Part shown: piece by piece, positions 21,201 through 36,200 of the stretch
Layout of the letters: the number at the start of each line of letters is the position of its first letter
Position numbering within the stretch: the first letter of the stretch is position 1
Source of the DNA: Eledone cirrhosa
Lineage: Eukaryota
Reading direction: 5' to 3'
DNA length: 64,000 nucleotides
Assembly: GCA_964016885.1 (NCBI GenBank)
Contig: OZ024740.1
Span: 2,604,001 to 2,668,000, forward strand
Made by a program: the position numbers and the translations under genes
The notes under the pieces: generated by a model
Database searches by the model: none
What the model was told of the DNA's origin: nothing
The model's input: the letters and a program-made list of their open reading frames with translations, nothing else

Positions 21201-24200
21201 AAGCTATCTTTATCTACCTTGTCTTCCCTAAAACCTTGTTATTTACTAAGTTATATTTCTCTATCTTGTCTTCCCCAAAACCTTGTTATTCAACAAAATA
21301 TATTTCTCTACCTTGTATTCAACCAAAACCTCGTTATTCACTAAGCTATCTTCCTCTACCTTGTCTCTCTTCAAAACCTCGTTATTCACCAAGCTATCCT
21401 TCTCGACCTTGTCTTCCCCAAAACCTCGTTATTCACTAAGCTATCTTTCTCTACCTTGTCTTCCCCCAAAACTGTGTTATTCACCAAGCTATCTTCCTCA
21501 ACCTTGTCTTCCCCCAAAACTTCGTTATGCACCAAGCTATCTTTCTCAACCTAGTCTTCCCCCAAAACCTCGTTATTCACCAAGCTATCTTTCTCTACCT
21601 TCTCCTTTTGCAAAACCTTGCTATTCCCCAAGCTATCTTTCTCTACCTTGTCTTCCCCCAAAACTTCGTTATTTACCAAGCTATCTTCTCAACCTTGTCT
21701 TCCCCAAAACCTCGTTATTCAACAAGCTACCTTTCTTTACCTTGACCCCAAAACCTCCTTATTCACCAAGCTATCTTCTGAAACTTGTCATCCCCCAAAA
21801 CCTCGTTATTCACCAAGCTATCTTTCTCTATCTTGTCTTCCCGAAAACCCTCGTTATTCACCAAGCTATCTTTATCTATCTTGTCTTCCCCAAAACTTTG
21901 TTATTCACCAAGCTATCCTTCTCTAACTTGTCTTCTCCCAAACTTCGTTATTCACCTAGCCATCTTTCTCTACCTTGTCTTCCCCAAGACCACGTTTTTC
22001 ACCAAGCTATCTTCCTCTACCTTGTATTCCGCAAAAGATCGATATTCACCAAGCTATCTTTCTCTACCTTGTATTATCCAAAAACCGTGTTATTCACCAA
22101 GCTATCTTTGTCTACCTTGTCTTCCGCAAAGATCGTTATTCACCAAGCTATCTTTCTCTACCTTGTCTTCCTCAAAATATCGATATTCACCAAGCTATCT
22201 TTCTCTACCTTTTCTCCCCCCAAACCACGTTATACACCAAGCTATCTTTCTCTACCTTGTCTTCCGCAAAATATCGTTATTCACCAAGCCATCTTTCTCT
22301 ACCGTGTCTTCTCCCAAAACCTCGTTATTCACCAAGCTATGTTTCTCTACCTTGTCATCCCCCAAAACCTCGTTATTCACCAAGCTAACTTTCTCTACCT
22401 TGTCTTCCCCCAATACCTCGTTATTCAACAAGCTATCTTTCTCTACCTTGTCATCCCCCAAAACCTCGTTATTCACCAAGCCATCTTTCTCTACCGTGTC
22501 TTCCCCCAAAACCTCGTTATTCACCAAGTTATCTTTCTCTATCTTGTCTTCCCCCAAAACTTCGTTATTTACCAAGCTATCTTCTCAACCTTGTCTTCCC
22601 CAAAACCTCGTTATTCAACAAGCTACCTTTCTTTACCTTGTCACCTCAAAACCTCCTTATTCACCAAGCTATCTTCTCAAACTTGTCATCCCCCAAAGCC
22701 TCGTTATTCACCAAGCTATCCTTTTCTACCTTGTCTTCCACGAAAACCTCGAAATTCACCAAGCTATGTTTCTCTATCTTGTTTTCACCCAAAACCTCTT
22801 TATTCACCAAGCTATCTTTATCTAACTTGTCTTCCCCCAAAATTTCGTTATTCACAAATATATCTCCCTCTGCCTTGTCTTCCAACTAAACCTCGTTATT
22901 CACCAACCATCTTTCTCTACCTTGTCTTTCCGCAAAACCTCGTTATTCACCAAGCTAGCTTTCTCTACCCTGTCTTCTCTCAAAACCTCATTATTCAACA
23001 AGCTATCTTTCTCTATCTTGTCTTCCAACAAAACTTCGTTATTCACCATCCATATTTCTCTACCTTGTCTTCCACTAAAACCTCGTTATTCACTAAGCTA
23101 TCTTACTCTACCTTGTCCCCCCCCCTAATCCTCGTTATTCACCAAGCCATGTTTCTCTACCTTGGCTTTTACCAAAACCTCGTTATTAACTAAGATATCT
23201 TTCTCTACCTTGTCTTCTCCCAAAACCACGTTATTCTCCAAGATATCTTTCTCTACCTTGTCCTCCCCAAAGCCTCGTTATTCACCAAGCTCTCTTTCTC
23301 TAACTTGACTTCCGCAAAAGCTCGTTATTCACCAAGCCATCTTTCTCTACCTTGATGTCTCCCAAAGCCTCGTTAATTACCAAGCTATCTTTCTGTACCC
23401 TTTACTTCCCCCAAAACCTCGTTATTCAGCAAGCTATCTTTCTCCACCTTGTCTTCCCCAAAACCTCGTTATTCACCAAGCTATCTTTCTCTACCTTGTC
23501 TTCCTCCAAAACCTCGTTATTCTCCAAGTTATCTTTCTCTACCTTGTCTTCCCCCAAAATGTTGTTATTCACAAAGATATCTTCTTCTGCTATGTCTTCC
23601 AACTAAACCTCGTTATTAACCAAGTTATGTTTCTCTACCATGTCTTTCCGCAAAACCTCGTTATTCACCAAGCCATCTTTCTCTACCCTGTCTCCTCCCA
23701 AATCCTCGGTATTAACCAAGCCATCTTTCTTTACCTTGTCTTTCCCCAAAACCACGTTATTCTCCAAGCTATCTTTCTCTACGTTGACTTCCGCAAAAGC
23801 TCGTTATTCACCAAGCTATCTTTATCTACCTTGACTTCACCCAAAACCTCGTTATTCACCAAGCTATCTTTATCTACCTTGTCTTCCCCAAAACCTTGTT
23901 ATTTACTAAGTTATATTTCTCTATCTTGTCTTCCCCAAAACCTTGTTATACAACAAAATATATTTCTCTACCTTGTATTCACCCAAAACATCGTTATTCA
24001 CTATGTTATCTTTCTCTACCTTGTCTCTCTTCAAAACCTCGTTATTCACCAAGCTATCCGTCTCAACCTTGTCTTCCCCAAAACCTCGTTATTCACTAAG
24101 CTATCTTTCTCTACCTTGTCTTCCCCCAAAACTGTGTTATTCACCAAGCTATCTTCCTCAACCTTGTCTTCCCCCAAAACTTCGTTATGCACCAAGCTAT

Positions 24201-27200
24201 CTTTCTCAACCTAGTCTTCCCCCAAAACCTCGTTTTTCACCAAGCTATCTTTCTCTACCTTCTCCTTTTGCAAAACCTTGCTATTCCCCAAGCTATCTTT
24301 CTCTACCTTGTCTTCCCCCAAAACTTCGTTATTTACCAAGCTATCTTCTCAACCTTGTCTTCCCCAAAACCTCGTTATTCAACAAGCTACATTTCTTTAC
24401 CTTGACCCCAAAACCTCCTTATTCACCAAGCTATCTTCTGAAACTTGTCATCCCCCAAAATCTCGTTATTCACCAAGCTATCTTTCTCTATCTTGTCTTC
24501 CCGAAAACCCTCGTTATTCACCAAGCTATCTTTATCTATCTTGTCTTCCCCAAAACTTTGTTATTCACCAAGCTATCCTTCTCTAACTTGTCTTCTCCCA
24601 AACTTCGTTATTCACCTAGCCATCTTTCTCTACCTTGTCTTCCCCAAGACCACGTTTTTCACCAAGCTATCTTCCTCTACCTTGTATTCCGCAAAAGATC
24701 GATATTCACCAAGCTATCTTTCTCTACTTTGTATTATCCAAAAACCGTGTTATTCACCAAGCTATCTTTGTCTACCTTCTCTTCCGCAAAGATCGTTATT
24801 CACCAAGCTATCTTTCTCTACCTTGTCTTCCTCAAAATATCGATATTCACCAAGCTATCTTTCTCTACCTTTTCTCCCCCCCAAACCACGTTATACACCA
24901 AGCTATCTTTCTCTACCTTGTCTTCCGCAAAATATCGTTATTCACCAAGCCATCTTTCTCTACCGTGTCTTCTCCCAAAACCTCGTTATTCACCAAGCTA
25001 TGTTTCTCTACCTTGTCATCCCCCAAAACCTCGTTATTCACCAAGCTAACTTTCTCTACCTTGTCTTCCCCCAATACCTCGTTATTCAACAAGCTATCTT
25101 TCTCTATCTTGTCATCCCCCAAAACCTCGTTATTCACCAAGCCATCTTTCTCTACCGTGTCTTCCCCCAAAACCTCGTTATTCACCAAGTTATCTTTCTC
25201 TATCTTGTCTTCCCCCAAAACTTCGTTATTTACCAAGCTATCTTCTCAACCTTGTCTTCCCCAAAACCTCGTTATTCAACAAGCTACCTTTCTTTACCTT
25301 GTCACCTCAAAACCTCCTTATTCACCAAGCTATCTTCTCAAACTTGTCATCCCCCAAAGCCTCGTTATTCACCAAGCTATCCTTTTCTACCTTGTCTTCC
25401 ACAAAAACCTCGAAATTCACCAAGCTATCTTTATCTAACTTGTCTTCCCCCAAAATTTCGTTATTCACAAATATATCTCCCTCTGCCTTGTCTTCCAACT
25501 AAACCTCGTTATTCACCAACCATCTTTCTCTACCTTGTCTTTCCGCAAAACCTCGTTATTCACCAAGCTAGCTTTCTCTACCCTGTCTTCCCTCAAAACC
25601 TCATTATTCAACAAGCTATCTTTCTCTATCTTGTCTTCCAACAAAACTTCGTTATTCACCATCCATATTTCTCTACCTTGTCTTCCACTAAAACCTCGTT
25701 ATTCACTAAGCTATCTTACTCTACCTTGTCCCCTCCTAATCCTCGTTATTCACCAAGCCATGTTTCTCTACCTTGGCTTTTACCAAAACCTCGTTATTAA
25801 CTAAGATATCTTTCTCTACCTTGTCTTCTCCCAAAACCACGTTATTCTCCGAGATATCTTTCTCTACCTTGTCCTCCCCAAAGCCTCGTTATTCACCAAG
25901 CTCTCTTTCTCTAACTTGACTTCCGCAAAAGCTCGTTATTCACCAAGCCATCTTTCTCTACCTTGATGTCTCCCAAAGCCTCGTTAATTACCAAGCTATC
26001 TTTCTGTACCCTTTACTTCCCCCAAAACCTCGTTATTCAGCAAGCTATCTTTCTCCACCTTGTCTTCCCCAAAACCTCGTTATTCACCAAGCTATCTTTC
26101 TCTACCTTGTCTTCCTCCAAAACCTCGTTATTCTCCAAGTTATCTTTCTCTACCTTGTCTTCCCCCAAAATGTTGTTATTCACAAAGATATCTTCTTCTG
26201 CTATGTCTTCCAACTAAACCTCGTTATTAACCAAGTTATGTTTCTCTACCATGTCTTTCCGCAAAACCTCGTTATTCACCAAGCCATCTTTCTCTACCCT
26301 GACTCCTCCCAAATCCTCGGTATTAACCAAGCCATCTTTCTTTACCTTGTCTTTCCCCAAAACCACGTTATTCTCCAAGCTATCTTTCTCTACGTTGACT
26401 TCCGCAAAAGCTCGTTATTCACCAAGCTATCTTTATCTACCTTGACTTCACCCAAAACCTCGTTATTCACCAAGCTATCTTTATCTACCTTGTCTTCCCC
26501 AAAACCTTGTTATTTACTAAGTTATATTTCTCTATCTTGTCTTCCCCAAAACCTTGTTATACAACAAAATATATTTCTCTACCTTGTATTCACCCAAAAC
26601 ATCGTTTTTCACTATGTTATCTTTCTCTACCTTGTCTCTCTTCAAAACCTCGTTATTCACCAAGCTATCTTTCTCAACCTTGTCTTCCCCAAAACCTCGT
26701 TATTCACTAAGCTATGTTTCTCTACCTTGTCTTCCCCCATAACTGTGTTATTCACCAAGCTATCTTTCAGAACCTTGTCTTCCCCCAAAACTTCGTTATG
26801 CACCAAGCTATCTTTCTCAACCTAGTCTTCCCCAAAACCTCGTTATTCACCAAGCTATCTTTCTCTACCTTCTCCTTCCGCAAAACCTCGTTATTCCCCA
26901 AGCTATCTTTCTCTAACTTGTCTTCCCCCAAAACTTCGTTATGCACCAAGCTATCTTTCTCAACCTAGACTTCCCCAAAACCTCGTCATTCACCAAGCTA
27001 TCTTTCTCTACCTTCTCCTTCCGCAAAACCTCGTTATTCCCCAAGCTATATTTCTCTACCTTGTCTTCCCCCAAAACTTCGTTATTTAACAAGCTATCTT
27101 CTCAACCTTGTCGTCCCCAAAACCTCGTTATTCACCAAGCTATCTTTCCCTATCTTGTCTGCCCGAAAAACCTCGTTATTCACCAAGCTATCCTTCTCTA

Positions 27201-30200
27201 CCTTGTCTTCTCCCAAACTTCGTTATTCATCAAGCCATCTTTCTCTACCTTGTTTTCCCCAAAACCACGTTTTTCACCAAGCTATCTTCCACTACCTTGT
27301 ATTCCGCAAAAGATCGATATTCACCAAGCTATCTTTCTCTACCTCGTCTTCTCCAAAAACCGTGTTATTCACCAAGCTATCTTTGTCTACCTTGTTTTCC
27401 GCAAAGATCGTTATTCACCAAGCTATCTTTCTCTACCTTGTCTTCCGCAAAATATCGTTATTCACCAAGCTATCTTTCTCTACATTTTCTTCCCCCCCAA
27501 ACCACGTTATACACCAAGCTATCTTTCTCTACCTTGTCTTCCTCAAAAGATCGTTATTCACCAAGCCATCTTTCTCTACCGTGTCTTCTCCCAAAACCTC
27601 GTTATTCACCAAGCTATGTTTCTCTACCTTGTCATCCTCCAAAACCTCGTTATTCACCAAGCTAAGTTTCTCTACCTTGTCTTCCCCCAATACCTTGTTA
27701 TTCACCAAGCTATCTTAAACTACCTTGTCTTCCACCAAAACCATGTTATTCAACAAGCTATCTTTCTCTACCTTGTCTTCCGCAAAATATTGTTATTCAC
27801 CAAGCCATCTTTCTCTACCGTGTCTTCCCCCAAAACCTCGTTATTCACCAAGTTATCTTTCTCTACCTTGTCTTCCCCCAAAATTTCGTTATTCACAAAG
27901 ATATCTTCCTCTGTCATGTCTTCCATCCTAACCTCGTTATTCACCAAGTTATGTTTCTCTACCATGTCTTCTCCCAAAACCTCATTATTCACCAAGCTAT
28001 TTTTTATCTACCTTGTCTTCCCCCAAAACCTCGGTATTCACCAAGCTATGTTTCTCTACCTTGTCATCCCCCAAAACCTCGTTATTCACCAAGCTATCTT
28101 TCCCTATCTTGTCTGCCCGAAAAACCTCGTTATTCACCAAGCTATCCTTCTCTACCTTGTCTTCTCCCAAACTTCGTTATTCATCAAGCCATCTTTCTCT
28201 ACCTTGTTTTCCCCAAAACCACGTTTTTCACCAAGCTATCTTCCTCTACCTTGTATTCCGCAAAAGATCGATATTCACCAAGCTATCTTTCTCTACCTTG
28301 TCTTCTCCAAAAACCGTGTTATTCACCAAGCTATCTGTGTCTACCTTGTTTTCCGCAAAGATCGTTATTCACCAGGCTATCTTTCTCTACCTTGTCTTCC
28401 GCAAAATATCGTTATTCACCAAGCTATCTTTCCCTACATTTTCTTCCCCCCAAACCACGTTATACACCAAGCTATCTTTCTCTACCTTGTCTTCCTCAAA
28501 AGATCGTTATTCACCAAGCCATCTTTCTCTACCGTGTCTTCTCCCAAAACCTCGTTATTCACCAAGCTATGTTTCTCTACCTTGTCATCCTCCAAAACCT
28601 CGTTATTCCCCAAGCTAACTTTCTCTACCTTGTCTTCCCCCAATACCTTGTTATTCACCAAGCTATCTTAAACTACCTTGTGTTCTACCAAAACCATGTT
28701 ATTCAACAAGCTATCTTTCTCTACCTTGTCTTCCGCAAAATATTGTTATTCACCAAGCCATCTTTCTCTACCGTGTCTTCCCCCAAAACCTCGTTATTCA
28801 CCAAGTTATCTTTCTCTACCTTGTCTTCCCCCAAAATTTCGTTATTCACAAAGATATCTTCCTCTGTCATGTCTTCCATCCTAACCTCGTTATTCACCAA
28901 GTTATGTTTCTCTACCATGTCTTCTCCCAAAACCTCATTATTCACCAAGCTATTTTTTATCTACCTTGTCTTCCCCCCAAACCTCGGTATTCACCAAGCT
29001 ATGTTTCTCTACCTTGTCATCCCCCAAAACCTCGTTATTTACCAAGCTATGTTTCTCTACCTTATCTTCCACCAAAACCACGTTATTCACCAAGCTATCT
29101 TTCTCAACGTTGTCTTTCCCCCAAACCTCGTTATCCACCAAGCTAATTTTCTCTACCTTGTTTTCCCCCAAAACCTCGTTATTCACCAAGCTATCTTTCT
29201 CTACCCTTTTCTTCCCCCAAAACCTCGTTATTCACCAAGCCATCTTGCTCTACCTTGTCTCCCCCCAAAGTCTCGGTATTCATAAAGCTATCTTTATCTA
29301 CCTCGTCTTCTCCCAAAATGTGGTTATTCACAAATATATCTTCCTCTGCCTCATCTTCTAATTAAACCTCGTTATTCACCAACGATCTTTCTCTACCTGG
29401 TCTTCCCCCAAAACATCGTTATTCACCAAGCCATATTTCTCTACCTTGTCTTCCCCGAAAACGTCGTTATTCACTACGCTATCTCATTCTAACTCCCCCC
29501 CCCCCAATCCTTGTTATGCACCAAGCCATCTTTCTCTACCTTGGCTTTCCCCAAAACCTCGTTATTAAGCAAGATATCTTTCTCTACCTTGTCTTCTCTC
29601 AAAACCACGTTTTTTCCAAGCTATCTTTCTCTACCTTGTCCTCCCCAAAACCTCGTTATTCACCAAGCTATCTTTCTCTACCTTGACTTCCGCAAAAGCT
29701 CGTTATTCAGCAAGCTATCTTTCTCTACCTTGTCTTCCCCCAAAATCTTGGTACTCACCAAGATATGATTCTCTACCTTGTCTTCCCCAAAACCTCGTTA
29801 TTCACCAAGTTATCTTTCTCTACCTTGTCTTCCCCCAAAATTTCGTTATTCACAAAGATATATTCCTCTGCCATGTCTTTCATCTAAACCTCATTATTCA
29901 CCAAGTTATGTGTCTCTACCATGTCTATCCGCAAAACCTCGTTATTCACCAAGCCATCTTTCTCTACCCTGTCTTCTCCCAAAAGCTCATTATTCACCAA
30001 GCTATCTTTTATCTACCTTGTCTCCACCCAAAACTTCGTTATTCACCAAGCCATATTTCTCTACCTTGTCTTCCCCGAAAGCCTCGTTATTCACCAAGCT
30101 ATCTTATTCTACCTTGTCTCCCCAAATCCTCGTTATTCACCAAGCTATCTTTCTCTACCTTGTCTAACCAAAACCTTGTTATTCAAGAAAATATATTTCT

Positions 30201-33200
30201 CTCCCTTGTCTTCACCCAAATCCTCTTTATTCACCAAGCTATCTTTCTCTACCTTGTCCTCCCCCAAAACTGCGTTATTCTCAAAGTTATCTTTCTCAAC
30301 CATTTCTTTCCCCAAAACCTTGTTATTCACCAAGCTATCCTTCTCAAACTTGTCTTCCCCAAAACATTGTTATTCACCAAGCTATCTTTTCTACCTTGTC
30401 TCTCCTCAAAACCTCGTTATTCCCCAAGCTATCCTTCTCAACCTTGTCTTCCCCAAAACTGTGTTATTCACCAAGCTATCTTTCTCAACCTTGTCTTTCC
30501 ACAAAACTTCGTTATTTACCAAGCTTTCTTCTCAACCTTGTCTTCCCCAAAACCTCGTTATTCAACAAGCTATCTTTATATACCTTGTCTTCTTCAAAAC
30601 CTTGCTATTCACCAAGCTATCCTTCTCTACCTTGTCTTCTCCCAAACTTCGTTATTCACCAAGCCATCTTTCTCTACCGTGTCTTACCCAAAACCACGTT
30701 TTTCACCAATCTATGTTTCTCTACCTTGTATTCCGCAAAAGATCGATATTCACCAAGCCATCTTTCTCTACCTTGTCTTCTCCAAAGACCACGTTATTCA
30801 CCAAGCTATCTTTCTCTACCTTGTCTTCCACAAAGTTCGTTATTCACCAAGCCATCTGTCTCTACCATGTCCCCTCTCAAAACCTCGTTATTCACCAAGC
30901 TATCTTAAACTACCTTGTCATCCCCCAATACCTCGTTATTCACCAAGCTATCTTTCTCTACCTTGTCTTCCCCCAATACCTCGTTATTCACCAATCTATC
31001 TTAAACTACCTTGTCTTCCCCCAAAACTTCGTTATTCGCCAAGCTATCCTTCTCAACCTTATCTTCCCCAAAACATTGTTATTCACCAAGCTATCTTTTC
31101 TACCTTGTACTCCTCCAAAACCTTGTTATTCACTAAGCTATCTTTCTCAACCTTGACTTCACCCAAAACCTCGTTATTTACCAAGTTATCTTTCTCTGCC
31201 CTGTCTTCCCCAAAACCTTGTTATTCAACAAAACATATTTGTCTACCTTGTCTTCCCCAATACCTCGTAATTCACCAAGCTATCTTAAACTACCTTGTCT
31301 TCCACCAAAACCACGTTATTCACCAAGCTATCTTTCTCTACCTTGTCTTCCGCAAAATATTGTTACTCACCAAGCCATCTTTCTCTACCGTGTCTTCCCC
31401 CAAATCCTCGTTATTCACCAGGCTATCTTTTTCAACATTGTCTTTCCCCAAAACCTCGTTATTTAACAAGCTATCCTTCTCAAACTTGTGTTCCTCAAAA
31501 CCTCGTTATTCACCAAGCTATCTTTCTCAACTTTGTCTTCCACCAAAACTGCGTTATTCACCAAGCTATCTTTCTCAACCTTGTCCTCCCCCAAAACCTC
31601 GTTATTCACCAAGCTATCTTTCTCAAACTTGTCTTCCCCAAAACCTCGTTATTCACCAAGCTATCTTTCTCAAACTTGTCTTCACCAAAACTTCGTTATT
31701 CACCAAGCTATCTTTCTCTACCTTGTCTTCCCCCAAAGCCTCGATATTCACCAAGCTATCTTTATCTACCTTGTCTTCCCCAAAACCTTGTTATTCACCA
31801 AGCTATCCTTCTCTACATTGTCTTCTCCCAAATTTCGTTATTCTCCAAGCTATCTTACTCTACCTTGTCCCCCCAAATCCTCAATATTCACCAAGCCATC
31901 TTTCTTTACCTTGTCTTTCCCCAAAACCTCGTTATTAACCAAGCTATCTTTTCTACATTGTTCTCGCCAAAACTGCGTTATTCACCAAGCTATCTTTCTC
32001 AACCTTGTCTCTCCTCAAAACCTCATTATTCACTAAGCTATCTTTCTCTACCTTGTCTTCCCCCAAAACTGTGTTATTCACCAAGCTATCTTTCTCAACC
32101 TTGTCTTCCCCCAAAACTTCGTTATTTACCAAGCTTGCTTCTCAAACTTGTCTTCCCCAAAACCTCGTTATTCAACAAGCTACCTTTCTTTACCTTGTCC
32201 CCCCAAAACCTCCTTACTAACCAAGCTATCTTTCTCTTCCTTGTCATCCCCCAAAACCTCGTTATTCACCAAGCTATCTTTCTCAAACTTGTCTCCCCGA
32301 AAACCCTTGTTATTCACCAAGCTATCTTTATATACCTTGTCTTCCTCAAAACCTTGTTATTCACCAAGCTATCCTTCTCTACCTTGTCTTCTCCCAAACT
32401 TCGTTATTCACCAAGCCATCTTTCTCTAGCTTGTCTTACCCAAAACCACGTTTTTCACCAATCTATCTTCCCCTACATTGTATTCCGCAAAAGATCGATA
32501 TTCACCAAGCTACCTTTCTCTACCTTGTTTTCTCCAAAGACAACGTTATTCACCAAGCTATCTTAAACTACCTTGTCTTCCCCCAATACCTCGTTATTCA
32601 CCAAGATATCTTTCTCTACCTTGTCTTCCCACAATACCTCGTTATTCACCAAGCTATCTTAAACTACCTTGTCTTCCACCAAAACCACGTTATTCACCAA
32701 GCTATCTTTCTCTAGCTTGTCTTCCGCAAATTATTGTTATTCACCAAGCCATCTTTCTCTATCGTGTGTTCCCCCAAATTCTCGTTATTCACCAAGTTAT
32801 CTTCCTCCACCTTGTCTTCCCCCAAAATTTCGTTATTCACAAAGATATCTTCCTCTGCCATGTCTTCCATCTAATCCTCGTTATTCACCAAGTTATGTTT
32901 CTCTAACATGTCTTTCCGCAAAACCTCGTTATTCACCAAGCTATCTTTCCCTACCCTGTCTTCTCCCAAAACCTCATTATACACCAAGCTATTTTTTATC
33001 TACCTTGTCTTCCACCAAAACTTCATTATTCACGAAGCTATCTTTCTCTACCTTGTCTTCCGCCAAAACCTCGTTATTCACAAAGCTATCCTTCTCAACC
33101 TTGTCTTCCCCAAAACATTGTTATTCACTAAGCTATCTTTTCTACCTTGTCCTCCCGCAAACCTTGTTATTCACCAAGCTATCTTTCTCAAACTTATCTT

Positions 33201-36200
33201 CCCCAAAAACTTTTTATTCACCAAGCTATCTTTCTCTACCTTGTCCTTCTGCAAAACCTCTTTATTCCCCAAGCTATCTTTCTCTACCTTGTCTTCCCCC
33301 AAAACCTTTTTATTCACCAAGCTATCTTCTCAACCTTGTCTTCCCCAAAATCTCGTTATTCAACAAGCTACCTTTCTCAACCTTGTCCCCCAAAACCTCC
33401 TTATTCACCAAGCGATCTTTTTCTACCTTGTCATCCCTCAAAACCTCGTTATTCACGAAGCTATGTTTCTCTACATTGTTTTCCCCAAAACCTTGTTATT
33501 CACCAAGCTATCCTTCTCTACCTTATCTTCTCACAAAACTACGTTATTCACCAAGCTATATTTCTCTACCTTGTCTTCCGCAAAAGAACGTTATTCACCA
33601 AGCTATCTTTCTCTACCTTGTCTTCCGCGAAAGATCGTTATTCTCCAAGCTATCTTTCTCTAACTTGTCTTCCACCAAAACCACGTTATTCACCAAGCTA
33701 TCTTTCTCAATCTTGTCTTCCGCAAAAGATTGTTATTCATCAAGCTATCTTTCTCAACCTTATCTTTCCCCAAAACCTCATTATTCACCAATTTATCTTT
33801 CTCTACCTTGTCTTCCCCAAAACCTTTTTATTCAGCAAGATATATTTCTCTACCCTTTTCTTCCCCTAAAACCTCGTTATTCAACAAGCTATGTTTTTCT
33901 ACCTTGTCATCCCCCAAAACCTCGTTATTCACCAAGCTATCTTACTCTACCTTGTCTTTCCCCAAAACAGCGTTATTAACCAAGATATCTTTCTCTACCT
34001 TGTCTTCCCCCAAAACTTCGTTATTCACCAAGCTATCCTTCTCAACCTTATCTTCCCCAAAACATTGTTATTCACCAAGCTATCTGTTCTACCTTGTACT
34101 CCTCCAAAACCTTGTTATTCACCAAGCTATCTTTCTCAACCTTGACTTCACCCAAAACCTCGTTATTTTCCAAGTTATCTTTCTCTACACTGTCTTCCCC
34201 CAAACCTTGTTATTCAACAAAATATATTTCTCTACCTTGTCTTCCCTCAATACCTCGTAATTCACCAAGCTATCTTAAACTACCTTGTCTTCCACCAAAA
34301 CCACGTTATTCACCAAGCTATCTTTCTCTACCTTGTCTTCCGCAAAATATTGTTACTCACCAAGCCATCTTTCTCTACCGTGTCTTCCCCCAAATCCTCG
34401 TTATTCAACAAGCTATCTTTCTCAACATTGTCTTTCCCCAAAACCTCGTTATTTAACAAGCTATCCTTCTCAAACTTGTGTTCCCCAAAACCTCGTTATT
34501 CACCAAGCTATCTTTCTCAACTTTGTCTTCCACCAAAACTGCGTTATTCACCAAGCTATCTTTCTCAAACTTGTCCTCCCCCCAAACCTCGTTATTCACC
34601 AAGCTATCTTTCTGAATCTTGTCTTCCCCAAAACCTCGTTATTCACCAAGCTATCTTTCTCATTCTTGTCTTCCCCCAAAGCCTCGATATTCACCAAGCT
34701 ATCTTTATCTACCTTGTCTTCCCCAAAACCTTGTTATTCACCAAGCTATCCTTCTCTACATTGTCTTCTCCCAAATTTCGTTATTCACCAAGCTATCTTA
34801 CTCTACCTTGTCCCCCCAAATCCTCGTTATTCACCAAGCCATATTTCTTTACCTTGTCTTTCCCCAAAACCTCGTTATTAACCAAGCTATCTTTTCTATA
34901 TTGTTCTCGCCAAAACTGCGTTATTCACCAAGATATCTTTCTCAACCTTGTCTCTCCTCAAAACCTCGTTATTCACTAAGCTATCTTTCTCTACCTTGTC
35001 TTCCCCCAAAACTGTGTTATTCACCAAGCTATCTTTCTCTATCTTGTCTTCCCCCAAAACTGTGTTATTCACCAAGCTATCTTTCTCAACCTTGTCTTCC
35101 CGCAAAACTTCGTTATTTACAAAGCTTGCTTCTCAAACTTGCCTTCCCCAAAACCTCGTTATTCAACAAGCTACTTTTCTTTACCTTGTCCCCCAAAACC
35201 TCCTTATTAACCAAGCTATCTTTCTCTTCCTTGTCATCCCCAAAACCTCATTATTCACCAAGCTATCTTTCTCAAACTTGTCACCCCGAAAAGCCTCGTT
35301 ATTCACCAAGCTATCTTTATATACCTTGTTTTCCTCAAAACCTTGTTATTCACCAAGCTATCCTTCTCTACCTTGTCTTCTCCCAAACTTCGTTATTCAC
35401 CAAGCCATCTTTCTCTAGCTTGCCTTACCCAAAACCACGTTTTTCACCAATCTATCTTCCCCTACCTTGTATTCCGCAAAAGATCGATATTCACCAAGCT
35501 ACCTTTCTCTACCTTGTTTTCTCCAAAGACAACGTTATTCACCAAGCTATCTTAAACTACCTTGTCTTCACCCAATACCTCGTTATTCACCAAGATATCT
35601 TTCTCTACCTTGTCTTCCCACAATACCTCGTTATTCACCAAGCTATCTTAAACTACCTTGTCTTCCACCAAAACCACGTTATTCACCAAGCTATCTTTCT
35701 CTAGCTTGTCTTCCGCAAAATATTGTTATTCACCAAGCCATCTTTCTCTATCGTGTGTTCCCCCAAATTCTCGTTATTCACCAAGTTATCTTTCTCTACC
35801 TTGTCTTCCCCCAAAATTTCGTTATTCACAAAGATATCTTCCTCTGTCCATCTAAACCTCGTTATTCACCAAGTTATGTTTCTCTACCCTGTCTTCTCCC
35901 AAAACCTCATTATTCACCAAGCTATTTGTTATCTACCTTGTCTTCCGCCAAAACCACGTTATTCACCAAGCTATCTTTCTTAACCTTCTCTTTCCCCAAA
36001 ACCTCGTTTTTCACCAAGCTATCCTTCTCAACCGTGTCTTCCCCAAAACATTGTTATTCACCGAGCTATCTTTTCTACCTTGTCTCTCCTCAAAACCTTG
36101 TTATTCACCAAGCTATCTTTCTCAAACTTATCTTCCCCAAAAACTCTTTATTCACCAAGCTATCTTTCTCTACCTTGTCCTTCCCCAAAACCTCTTTATT

